IMG/VR virus record: IMGVR_UViG_3300029268_000005
Direction: 5' to 3' (one strand)
DNA from: an uncultured virus (IMG/VR IMGVR_UViG_3300029268_000005)
Taxonomy: Duplodnaviria > Heunggongvirae > Uroviricota > Caudoviricetes
Length of the DNA: 64,000 bases
This document shows positions 20,615 through 29,059 of this stretch, piece by piece. The notes under the pieces are model-generated. The model did not search any database. It was not told the origin of the DNA and was given only the letters and a program-made list of their open reading frames with translations. A program made the position numbers and the translations under genes. The number at the start of each line of letters is the position of its first letter. The stretch's first letter is position 1.

Positions 20615-20626
20615 AACATGTTCCCC

Positions 20627-21151
20627 TCAAAAATATTCCCTAAGAAGTCCGTGCCGTCCTGTGGCGGCTGCAGTGGGTGGCATGTCAACCGGCGTAGGCT
20701 GAAATTGAATATTCCAGCACCAATCCGGTAGTGTCACACCCTGATCATCCGCCATCTGACGTAGTTGCAAAAGTCTATGTGGCGTTAACGGGTTCTGATG
20801 CTGCCTAATGTACGTTGTAAGCAGCTCATCTGCAGTAGTCTTTGACAACACATTCTGATGCGACAGCGTAAGTAGCAGGCTGACTAGAGCGTTAGTCGGT
20901 TGCGTTACATACACTTGCTGTGCCGCATCCCAGCGAACAGTGTACGGCCCAAGACGAATAACCTGATCCGGCGACGGGCCTAACGTTTGTTCAGTGGGTT
21001 GTTGTCGAATTAGCGCCGTAGTGATACGCACAGAACGTCTACGCGCCACAGACTCTCCGTTGGTTCTCCCCCACCAATCTGAAACCAATTGCCGATAACG
21101 CCTATCGGATGATTCCAGTTGCGGTGATATTCCGAAGAGACTGTTATTCAT
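20627..21151 (-). CDS. Hypothetical protein (174 aa)
   Basis: ORF tiling. Confidence 0.55.
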   Translation of the reverse strand: MNNSLFGISPQLESSDRRYRQLVSDWWGRTNGESVARRRSVRITTALIRQQPTEQTLGPSPDQVIRLGPYTVRWDAAQQVYVTQPTNALVSLLLTLSHQNVLSKTTADELLTTYIRQHQNPLTPHRLLQLRQMADDQGVTLPDWCWNIQFQPTPVDMPPTAAATGRHGLLREYF

Positions 21152-22284
21152 CGCGTAAACGCCATCGGAGTCAGGGCATTTATAACGCCAGCCACAACGC
21201 CCGTGGTCTTCAGTATGTCCTGTGCTTTCTGCGGTAGTCCGAATATTGATCCTAGCGCTTTACCAAATAGAGCACCGGCTACATAGCCAGTACCCATGCC
21301 AGCCGTCAAACGACCTAGGTCGCCCATTGTCACCATTGACGACCGCTGAGGGTCTTGCTCCCTGGATTCGGCTAAGAATGCCGCTGTATCCACTAAGGAC
21401 ATAGCTGCATTTCTCGTTGCCGGATTAACAGCGAACGCTACGTTAGGATCATAATACAATGTATCACGAAGCGCGGGAACCGGGATAGGCGGTGGAAACA
21501 TGCCACCGGCCCCTGTATCGTCATTGTCCCAGGCAGCGGCCTTAGTATCTGGAAGATCTTCTTCAAACTCCCAGGTAGGATCAATTCTTGCCGGTTTGTC
21601 AGGAACGATGGGCCAGCCGGATGTAAGCGGCTTATTGTGCTTGCTGTTCACCCAGCCCCACACAGCGCCAGGAGCGGCACCAGTCAGTCCACCCAGAACA
21701 GCGCCTGTGGCGGCTAGTCGCTTCTTATTCCAGCCAGGGAGAACGGAGCCCATCAAATAGCCGCCGCCATAGCCTAGACCGGCACCAAGCAAACCTGACG
21801 TTAGCATGGCTGTCAGAGGACTTGGATCGCCTGGTACGAAGTCAGCGATACGACCCGGCAGATGATTGGTAAGCTGCCCTAGCGTGTTGACAAACGTGCT
21901 GTACGCCGTTTTTTCGCTGAGGGCTATGTTGATGGCCGGTCGCAGATGGATCTGAAAACTATCCTGCGGAAGCGAAGAACTATCGCCGTGGATAGTAAGG
22001 ACATCGGTCAGTCCATGATCTTCAGCCAGCTTGTACAGCACATTGTGCCACTTTGCCTGCACATCAACAGGCATGTCGACGTGGTGCAGCAGAAGTGCTT
22101 CCTTTTCGGGACTTACCGATACCGACCTGTAACCAGCAACGTCTAAGTCGGCTACATCCTGCTGCAGCTGCTCGGCCAGCTTATTGTATTGACGCCAGTT
22201 CTCCTCGGCGGCTTTTACAATACCCTGTGCGGCCTCGTATTCAGACAGACCCTGACACAGGTAGAACAAGTTTGCGTAGTTCAT
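21148..22284 (-). CDS. Glycine-zipper probable virion protein (378 aa)
   Basis: GLLGAGLGYGGG and GAVLGGLTG segments; KAA, KLA (x2), KEA, KTA. Confidence 0.7.
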   Translation of the reverse strand: MNYANLFYLCQGLSEYEAAQGIVKAAEENWRQYNKLAEQLQQDVADLDVAGYRSVSVSPEKEALLLHHVDMPVDVQAKWHNVLYKLAEDHGLTDVLTIHGDSSSLPQDSFQIHLRPAINIALSEKTAYSTFVNTLGQLTNHLPGRIADFVPGDPSPLTAMLTSGLLGAGLGYGGGYLMGSVLPGWNKKRLAATGAVLGGLTGAAPGAVWGWVNSKHNKPLTSGWPIVPDKPARIDPTWEFEEDLPDTKAAAWDNDDTGAGGMFPPPIPVPALRDTLYYDPNVAFAVNPATRNAAMSLVDTAAFLAESREQDPQRSSMVTMGDLGRLTAGMGTGYVAGALFGKALGSIFGLPQKAQDILKTTGVVAGVINALTPMAFTR

Positions 22285-22993
22285 CGCTGTCTAGTCCTTT
22301 GTGATAGCTACGGGTATTACGGCCCACCAACGGATCCCACAAAGAACCAAAGTCGATCAGCCAAGCTTTGTTTTTCCAGGCTGGGTACAGTCTGTGCAAA
22401 ATGATTTCAGCTGGCATCGATGCCGACAACGACACAACCACAGGGCCGTCGAGGCTGTTGAGCTTGTCAGCTATATCCATTGTCAGTGACGACAGCGCTA
22501 GGTAGCAATCCCTGACCGGCACCTCGATAAAAGCTGCATAGCCAAAATACCTGTCGATATCTCGTAAGTAAGCCGGTCCAACCATGATCACAGGCAGCTG
22601 ACGTAAGGCAGATATCAGAGGCAGCAATCGATTGTGGCCGCTTGCATGATGAAATATGTCGGCCTTGCACCAAGCCGTCGGTAAGTTATGCGTGGTCGTA
22701 ATCTGACTGATCCATTCACCACACAATCGAAGAGCAAGGTTCTGCATACCGAGCAAATAGTCATACTCGTCGCGCGACTGTCCGCAGTCCTTCAGAACAT
22801 CTAGCAAGTCACGACCCATGTCGGGGAAATGCTGATGCTTATCGCAATTGCGCGACGGAGCACTACCCGGCGTTAGGTACTTCCTTACAGCCGCCCACTC
22901 ACCGTCACCCCATCGAGAAAACGAGAAAGGCTGTTTTTCATTGAGCTTATCGACCAACGATTGATAGGTTACGTCTTCAGTAATGGCAAGCAT
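22241..22993 (-). CDS. GT-D fold (DUF1792-like) glycosyltransferase
   Basis: FSFSRWGDGEW near the N-terminus and LIDFGSLWD near the C-terminus, typical of GT-D-like proteins. Confidence 0.7.
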   Translation of the reverse strand: MLAITEDVTYQSLVDKLNEKQPFSFSRWGDGEWAAVRKYLTPGSAPSRNCDKHQHFPDMGRDLLDVLKDCGQSRDEYDYLLGMQNLALRLCGEWISQITTTHNLPTAWCKADIFHHASGHNRLLPLISALRQLPVIMVGPAYLRDIDRYFGYAAFIEVPVRDCYLALSSLTMDIADKLNSLDGPVVVSLSASMPAEIILHRLYPAWKNKAWLIDFGSLWDPLVGRNTRSYHKGLDSDELRKLVLPVSGSV

Positions 22994-23069
22994 GTTTTTT
23001 CCTTTTGAACAGTAAGCTGCCCGCTCTGTCGAGAAAAACAGACAAAGGTCGCTCTGTGTGTTTCACAGA

Positions 23070-25874
23070 TTAGCCTTCGTGAAAAGCAATTAGGGCGGGG
23101 GCACGTAAGGCCCCTGACGGTAGTTGCTGCTGGGCTCTTACCTTGGCAACTCGACCAAGATACAGATCAGAGGCATTGAACAGATCCTTACGAAGATCGT
23201 CAGAAATGCCTGTGCCAACCTCGCCAACTTCCGGCCCGTCAGGTGTGAGTGAGTATCCGAACCCACCCGCACCGACGTTAGTGTACTTGCCCTTGCCTGG
23301 GAATATTCGTTTTACGTAGACATCATGGTCTTCCGTAAACTTGCTTTTCATCGGCTTGCCTGTGGGCGGATGTATGACAACACCCTCACTGGTCAGCGGA
23401 TGCTTACCAGCTCTGATGGTTTCCCACAGGGCCTTAGCTGACTCAGCATCTGTAGCCTCATCGGCCACATGAAATTGCTCAGGCAGATGCTTGGCGACAT
23501 CACGTAGCATCTGCATTCGCTCGCTGTAAGGCACATCATCAGGGTGAATAGGACGGCTTCCCAGCTGCTGCACATCGTACAGCATGCTACGAAGCTTGAT
23601 GTTCCTTTCCTTCTGTGCTTTCAATGAATTAGCAAGTGTGGCATTCAGAATACCACCTAACTCTTGGGGCGGGATGACACTATCTCTCTCAACGCCGTCT
23701 CCACTGTGTACGGCAGCTTGATCAGCAGCCCCATCGCCAGCTGGCGAAGCTCCGATTCGCTGAGCGAGGCTATCACCGCCTGTTCCTTCAGCCTCAGCGT
23801 TGGACGACACTGCCCGTTCTTGCAATTTCCGCAAGCCATATAACTCCCCCTTCAAAATAGACCCAACCAATTCTTTAGGTATGTTCAGGCCCTGATGCTT
23901 TTTACCAAACATCCGTTCGGTATGAACAATTGGACGGCCAGTGGTCTTGCTGGTTCTGTACGACAGAACTTCCACACCATCCCGCACCAGTCTGATAAGA
24001 GAAGACGCACCATCTAGCTTAGGCTGGACACTACTGCCCGGCTGCAGCTTATCAAGCACGTCGTTCATCTGCTCTGCCGGTATACGCTTGTAGTGCACCT
24101 TCTCGTACGGCAGCGGCTGCTTTGGCGTTGTATTCAGTAGCAGCCAGTCTTTCTCACGGCCACGCCCTGTGCGTATCATTGTGAAACGCTCAGGATAGCG
24201 TTCGTCAGCTGTACTGAAGTCGAGACGACCCGGCTGCACACCTGTGAGCAGTATCTGTCCCTTGCGCTGCGTCTTTACAGTGCCAGCGCCGTAGCCTTTT
24301 AAGGTGCCTTGGAAGTCTTTGTAGCCGTGGGCGTGTAAGGGCTGCTGTACGGCAAGATGCTTAGCGCCAGGAGCCGGTAGACCCTTTCTAGCGGCCCAGC
24401 TGTACAGACCCAGCGAAGGGCCGCCTATGCGTATATCCGAGTGCAGGCCAGCTCTCTGTGCGGCATGCTCTTGAACTACGAAGTCAAACAGCTCACCAGG
24501 GGTAAGCTTTGACAGGTCACCAAAATTAGCCCTGTCAGGAATACCCATACCAGGAGCGGCAGTCTTCAGCCAGCTTGCGGCCTTTTCATCTAAGCCAATC
24601 TCGTCACCGTATAGAGTGACACCGTACAGCTCGCAACCAATTTTGGCTGAAAATTCGCTGTCGTCAGACTCAAAGATGTAATTAGCGCTAATTACATCTT
24701 CTGCCTCTTTTGAGTCAGGCCATGGTTCGCCACATCGATTGCAACAGTCATCATCACCACGTTCCAAGAATGCATCGCAGTTCGGGCAGCATTCATCAGC
24801 AGCCTGTTTACCTAGCAGATGTCGAGCCATCTGCAGGACCTGCTCCTGGTCCGCAAGCGTATAGCCTCTGTTTTTGTAGGACGCTAGCGCACGTCTGTTA
24901 ATCTGCCACAACTTTGGTAACGATAGTAACTCAGGTAGGGGCGCACGCAATCCCATAGCGATATTACGTCGCACAGCGCGCAAAGCCGACAACGATGGCC
25001 ACGTATTAAGCAACATCGAGTTATCAGCTGGCACATCGTGCAACCCGCTATTCGAAAAGCCACTAACGACGACAGGCTGTGTTTGCTGAGCAAGCCATTG
25101 CTGATACTTGCTTGCAACACTTTTTTCAAACTCCTCTTCCTGGCCTGGTGCCCAGTTATAGTCGGTCAAATTGGCACCTGCCGGAATACCCATGTCGCGC
25201 ATCACTTCGCCTGAGAAGTCGTCCAGGTCTTTAGCTACAACACCCTGATGCTCGTCTGCGATCCGATTTAACGTTGTGGTCTTGCCGGCACCGGAGGCAC
25301 CTGCGATACGAAGTATGGGTTTTTCAGCTGCGGCCTTACTGACTTCGTTCTCGTTCAATACGTTGGCTTTTCGTATGCCAATCGTGCAATGGAATTCAAA
25401 CTCGCCGTCGTGTGGTTTGCTGGACAGTCCGTAAGACCGGCGCAACTGCTGCAGCTCAGGACTCTTTACCTCGATAAACCATACCCTAGACACGCCTGAC
25501 CATCCGTGCGGAACAACAGTCTTAACACGGCCTAGCGTGTATCGAAAGCTTCCACCACGTTCTGTGAGCTTATCGGGTCCACCGATCTTCTCGATGTCAG
25601 CCTTGGAGAATACGGATATGTGTGCTGTGAGCTTGCCGTTGTCATCAACAGGCAATTCGACGCCCGGTTCATCCAAGGCATCGAAGCATCCGCGCACAAT
25701 GGCGTTTGGCACGGCTAGAAGGCCCCAACCAGACTGACTGACATACAGTCTTCCGGCCAAGGCATGCGCTGCCACAGGCTTAGCGGCCTCCTTCACGACA
25801 CTGGCCACTATATCCTGATAAACCTGCTGCGAAATCTGCGGATAGACTAGACTCACAGCGCGCCTCTCAGTCAT
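23070..25874 (-). CDS. Multidomain protein: 2H phosphoesterase + P-loop kinase + Zn finger + LigD-type 3'-phosphoesterase + ATP-dependent DNA ligase
   Basis: HISV/HCTI; GASGAGKTT; CPNC..CNRC; FVVQEH..LHSDIR..YSWA..KG..HLAV..YGAGTV; ligase motifs KLDG, GELY, YDV, EGVV, KSK and OB-fold VGTG. Confidence 0.85.
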   Translation of the reverse strand: MTERRAVSLVYPQISQQVYQDIVASVVKEAAKPVAAHALAGRLYVSQSGWGLLAVPNAIVRGCFDALDEPGVELPVDDNGKLTAHISVFSKADIEKIGGPDKLTERGGSFRYTLGRVKTVVPHGWSGVSRVWFIEVKSPELQQLRRSYGLSSKPHDGEFEFHCTIGIRKANVLNENEVSKAAAEKPILRIAGASGAGKTTTLNRIADEHQGVVAKDLDDFSGEVMRDMGIPAGANLTDYNWAPGQEEEFEKSVASKYQQWLAQQTQPVVVSGFSNSGLHDVPADNSMLLNTWPSLSALRAVRRNIAMGLRAPLPELLSLPKLWQINRRALASYKNRGYTLADQEQVLQMARHLLGKQAADECCPNCDAFLERGDDDCCNRCGEPWPDSKEAEDVISANYIFESDDSEFSAKIGCELYGVTLYGDEIGLDEKAASWLKTAAPGMGIPDRANFGDLSKLTPGELFDFVVQEHAAQRAGLHSDIRIGGPSLGLYSWAARKGLPAPGAKHLAVQQPLHAHGYKDFQGTLKGYGAGTVKTQRKGQILLTGVQPGRLDFSTADERYPERFTMIRTGRGREKDWLLLNTTPKQPLPYEKVHYKRIPAEQMNDVLDKLQPGSSVQPKLDGASSLIRLVRDGVEVLSYRTSKTTGRPIVHTERMFGKKHQGLNIPKELVGSILKGELYGLRKLQERAVSSNAEAEGTGGDSLAQRIGASPAGDGAADQAAVHSGDGVERDSVIPPQELGGILNATLANSLKAQKERNIKLRSMLYDVQQLGSRPIHPDDVPYSERMQMLRDVAKHLPEQFHVADEATDAESAKALWETIRAGKHPLTSEGVVIHPPTGKPMKSKFTEDHDVYVKRIFPGKGKYTNVGAGGFGYSLTPDGPEVGEVGTGISDDLRKDLFNASDLYLGRVAKVRAQQQLPSGALRAPALIAFHEG
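24673..24700. repeat. Palindrome copy 2, extended to 28 bp (AAGATGTAATTAGCGCTAATTACATCTT), inside a CDS linker
   Basis: Read directly. Confidence 0.9.
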
Positions 25875-26523
25875 TCAGGCTTAATCGCGATAATGCGCGC
25901 TGCTGAGAACTACTCGGAGGCGCAGGATTTATAGGATGGCTGTGGCTATCGCCAGGCTGCACAGGCATGGAATCAATAACCGGTGCAGGTAACGGCGCAG
26001 GCTTGGCGGCATCTGATCTGTAAAAGAAGGCAACAGAGTACCAACCAGTGCCATCGCGTATGGCCCGTACTGTTGCATCGATACCAACTAACTCACCACT
26101 CTTAGTCCTAGCCGTACATGTAATGTGTTTGACCTTCTTGTATGAATCCATATCTTGCACACGTTCGATGGCTTGTCGATGCTTACAAGCCACATTCGGA
26201 TCCATCATGAAGTCAGGTGCAGATCCAATAACTTCCTTAGCTGACCAGCCAAATAGATCTTCTGCGCCTTTATTCCATTCGACGATCAACCCATCAGGAT
26301 CAAGCATCGCGAATGGATATGTGCTGTCGTACAGCATCTGAAAGTATGCTGACGATCTAGTCTGCGCAGATGTGACTATGAACTGTTGCGTAACGCCGTA
26401 GGCGATCAATATGCAACATAGCAGCCACGAGATCACGGAAGACACTATTACCCCGTAACTACGTGCCCTAGTCATCGGCATCCTCCTTGACTTTTTTACG
26501 TTTCCATCCGCCTCGCGGCGCAA
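25867..26523 (-). CDS. Membrane-anchored PAS-domain protein (likely start at ATG 26475)
   Basis: N-terminal hydrophobic helix; FAMLDPDGLIVEWNKGAEDLFGWSAKEVIG...ARTKSGE PAS signature; AAGGAGG upstream of 26475. Confidence 0.85.
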   Translation of the reverse strand: MRREADGNVKKSRRMPMTRARSYGVIVSSVISWLLCCILIAYGVTQQFIVTSAQTRSSAYFQMLYDSTYPFAMLDPDGLIVEWNKGAEDLFGWSAKEVIGSAPDFMMDPNVACKHRQAIERVQDMDSYKKVKHITCTARTKSGELVGIDATVRAIRDGTGWYSVAFFYRSDAAKPAPLPAPVIDSMPVQPGDSHSHPINPAPPSSSQQRALSRLSLND

Positions 26524-26818
26524 TGCTTATGTCTATTCCACCGTTCTGAATGACACTGAGCACAAAGTCTAGTATCGGTGTACCGCCCAGGCTAAGCAAT
26601 AGTAACAGCCCGAGCAGTAATTGAACATTGGACGTAAGGTATTCCCGCCCAACAAGCCCGCAAGCCAACCCTGATAAGCCTGAGTTCAGTAACACGCTAA
26701 CCAGTGTGCGGATAGAGAGCGACCTTTTAGATCGCAAAACAGAAGCTAACCCGGCAAAAGCAGTGACACCGAATATTAAGGCTAGTAGTTGGAACTGTGT
26801 CAGCGATTCCAGCTGCAT
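26468..26818 (-). CDS. Small multi-TM membrane protein, holin-like
   Basis: About three hydrophobic segments and a basic C-terminus (WKRKKVK). Confidence 0.55.
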   Translation of the reverse strand: MQLESLTQFQLLALIFGVTAFAGLASVLRSKRSLSIRTLVSVLLNSGLSGLACGLVGREYLTSNVQLLLGLLLLLSLGGTPILDFVLSVIQNGGIDISIAPRGGWKRKKVKEDADD

Positions 26819-26998
26819 AGTGGCCTCCCTGCGGCTGACACATGGCGGCGCCGGTGCAGCTTACATGGTGTTTCGATTGGCGTCGCTACGTGTGGTGTGG
26901 TCAGGCACAGCGCAGTTTTGTAGCACTAGCAGGGGATGCTGCGTCCTGTCACTTTTAATATAGCACCAACATGTGTAGTGGTCTATTCGGGTGTCCCC

Positions 26999-27931
26999 TC
27001 AGTCCATCTCGACAGTTGCCGTGTTGTCATCAGGCTGCATGGTGCCAGCTAGCCACTTTCGCAAGCCGGCTGTCCAAGAGCCGATAGCCGGGCCGTGTAG
27101 CGACGTATATCGTTCCGTGTTCAGCGCCGTGTAGCGTGGTATGGGATGCTTGCTATGGAAGGCATTTGCCGACTGTCGTTGTAGCTTGTTAGAGCAGCCG
27201 AGATGCCTTGCCATCATGTCGGCCACAGCATACCAACAGCACAGCTCCTCACCAGCAATATGATATATGCCGGGGTCAATAGCGCTGCCCTGATCAACAA
27301 ACCACAGCAGCGCATTGACGAAGTGCGGGATAAACGTGAGACTTGTAACCACGTCGTCAAATACCGTGACAGTCGGTTGTGCCGTCGACTTCAAGGCCGT
27401 GTACAACAGGCGAACTGAATTCAGCCTGTATTGTTCGGAGAGTCCGAAGAGAGTTGACGTACGTATGATGTAGTATGGTGCGTCGTGTGCGTCACGCATT
27501 CGGCGTAACAGTGTGTGCTCTGCCATCGCCTTGCTTATGCCGAAGGCATCGACAGGCCCCACAGGATCAGCTTCCCAGTAAGGAACCTTGCGGCGTAGAT
27601 CCAATCCAAAAACATGGCTCGTCGACATCTGGTAAAAGGGGATGTCCCGACGAGCCGCAACGTACGCTAGATTGTCCACAGCAACTACATTTGTCTCCCA
27701 CGCATCATTGGTCATCACTTGGTCTGTCGGCGGTGTCAGCAATCCAGCGCAGTTGATGATTGCATCTGGTCTTACTGCAGCCACCCAACGCCTTACTCGC
27801 GTCAAATCTCTGATGTCCAACGCTTCCCGTGTCTTTGGTATGGCCTGTTCACCTAGAGAAAGAACAAGTGCCTGACCTAACTGTCCCGCTGCTCCGAGAA
27901 CCAAATATCGTCCACGAGTACCGGCTGTCAT
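26999..27931 (-). CDS. rmlD: dTDP-4-dehydrorhamnose reductase-like SDR (catalytic Tyr replaced by Phe)
   Basis: GAAGQLG, RPDAIINCAG, P..AFGISK..AE, YIIRTS, GIYH. Confidence 0.8.
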   Translation of the reverse strand: MTAGTRGRYLVLGAAGQLGQALVLSLGEQAIPKTREALDIRDLTRVRRWVAAVRPDAIINCAGLLTPPTDQVMTNDAWETNVVAVDNLAYVAARRDIPFYQMSTSHVFGLDLRRKVPYWEADPVGPVDAFGISKAMAEHTLLRRMRDAHDAPYYIIRTSTLFGLSEQYRLNSVRLLYTALKSTAQPTVTVFDDVVTSLTFIPHFVNALLWFVDQGSAIDPGIYHIAGEELCCWYAVADMMARHLGCSNKLQRQSANAFHSKHPIPRYTALNTERYTSLHGPAIGSWTAGLRKWLAGTMQPDDNTATVEMD

Positions 27932-28006
27932 AAACTATCTCCAAATAGGTACTTACAGCCGCATCCATGCCTTTTGTGCTGCCCTGCAGAGCTAAATGCT
28001 CTGAAT

Positions 28007-28034
28007 ACTATACCAGCTTGGGGCCTGCTATCAA
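28007..28034 (-). promoter_or_regulatory. Sigma70-like promoter upstream of rmlD
   Basis: Minus strand TTGATA-N16-TATAGT with TG extension, downstream of a terminator. Confidence 0.45.
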
Positions 28035-28109
28035 GTGGAACAAGCAGAGCCAATAGGCGTATATATGAAAAGTTGATAATTTGCGTAGGCTGCTGAATCT
28101 CTGATAGCT

Positions 28110-28144
28110 AAAAAAGAGGGGCACTGGCTTTCGCCAGCCCCCTC
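28110..28144 (-). terminator. Rho-independent terminator after csrA
   Basis: GC-rich hairpin followed by T6 on the minus strand. Confidence 0.75.
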
Positions 28145-28168
28145 AACACGTAACAACTCAGCCGTACG

Positions 28169-28348
28169 TCATTGGACGTCGGCCTCAGGCGCTACGTTGA
28201 TCGCCTGCAATTCTTCCCGAAGGATACGCACGTCGTTGGGCGCTGAAATCCCTAGACGCACCTTCCCTCCTTGCACGCTCACCACCTTGATGACGATGTT
28301 GTCACCAATCAGAATCCCTTCATTAGCTCCGCGTGTCAGCACCAGCAT
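28169..28348 (-). CDS. csrA: Carbon storage regulator CsrA/RsmA (59 aa; absent from the ORF track)
   Basis: Manual translation MLVLTRGANEGILIGDNIVIKVVSVQGGKVRLGISAPNDVRILREEL; SD AAGGAGG. Confidence 0.95.
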   Translation of the reverse strand: MLVLTRGANEGILIGDNIVIKVVSVQGGKVRLGISAPNDVRILREELQAINVAPEADVQ

Positions 28349-28358
28349 TTTCGCCTCC

Positions 28359-28664
28359 TTACGTTATGGCTGTTTCGGGATACAGCCAGTTTCCAGTTAA
28401 CCAGGCTCGTTCGAACTCAATCGCTTGTGCATAGCGCACGAACGGTCGCCCGGCTTCGTCCCGCTGAGTCACGGGACCTCCAACGGTTCTCAAGTCCACT
28501 TCCCACAACGCACCAGTGTCAGAGTTCAACACTGGCATGATCAGAGTTCGTAGCGCGACCACGTCAACCCGCTGTTCAGGTTGTATGGCGCGCGACAACA
28601 AATCAGAAAGGCCATCGTCATAGATGGCCCGAATACCCTGCGGCGTGATGACTAGCTTGGCCAC
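28359..28664 (-). CDS. Conserved hypothetical of the Ycf46/DUF1257 cluster type
   Basis: LVITPQG..AIYDD...WEVDL..VGGP...PF....A...E..WL pattern recalled from such clusters. Confidence 0.55.
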   Translation of the reverse strand: MAKLVITPQGIRAIYDDGLSDLLSRAIQPEQRVDVVALRTLIMPVLNSDTGALWEVDLRTVGGPVTQRDEAGRPFVRYAQAIEFERAWLTGNWLYPETAIT

Positions 28665-29059
28665 TAGCCGCCGTAGCTCATCTTCGTCTGGTTATAGTCG
28701 CTCTTCCACTGCCAGTTGTCCTTAACGTAGCAGCGGAATTGGTCATCATCGAGCTCGATGATTTCATTGCAGGCCATCTTCAACATGTCGATTGCCTCTT
28801 CGTACTCTCGGGCGTAGCACTGTGGCGTACGAATGCTGAAGTACGTCGTCGGCGGCCAGTGAGAACCGGCGCGCAATGATTGATCGTCATGATCCAAGAT
28901 CTTCTGCATTTCGTCGTGACGTTGCATAAACGCCGCCTGGGCTGCCTTGGCGTATTTCTGCAACGTTTCTTCGAAGTCGGCAATATGCTTTGCCAGGTTG
29001 GCCTGCACAATCGCCAACAGATCGTCCTTCTTAACCTGAATCACTAAGTCGCTGCGCAT
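28664..29059 (-). CDS. Hypothetical phage protein (131 aa)
   Basis: Coupled ORF. Confidence 0.65.
   Translation of the reverse strand: MRSDLVIQVKKDDLLAIVQANLAKHIADFEETLQKYAKAAQAAFMQRHDEMQKILDHDDQSLRAGSHWPPTTYFSIRTPQCYAREYEEAIDMLKMACNEIIELDDDQFRCYVKDNWQWKSDYNQTKMSYGG

Noticed and set aside
28197..28400. Plus-strand 67-aa ORF
   Set aside because: Antisense to csrA, which has a clear family signature and SD sequence
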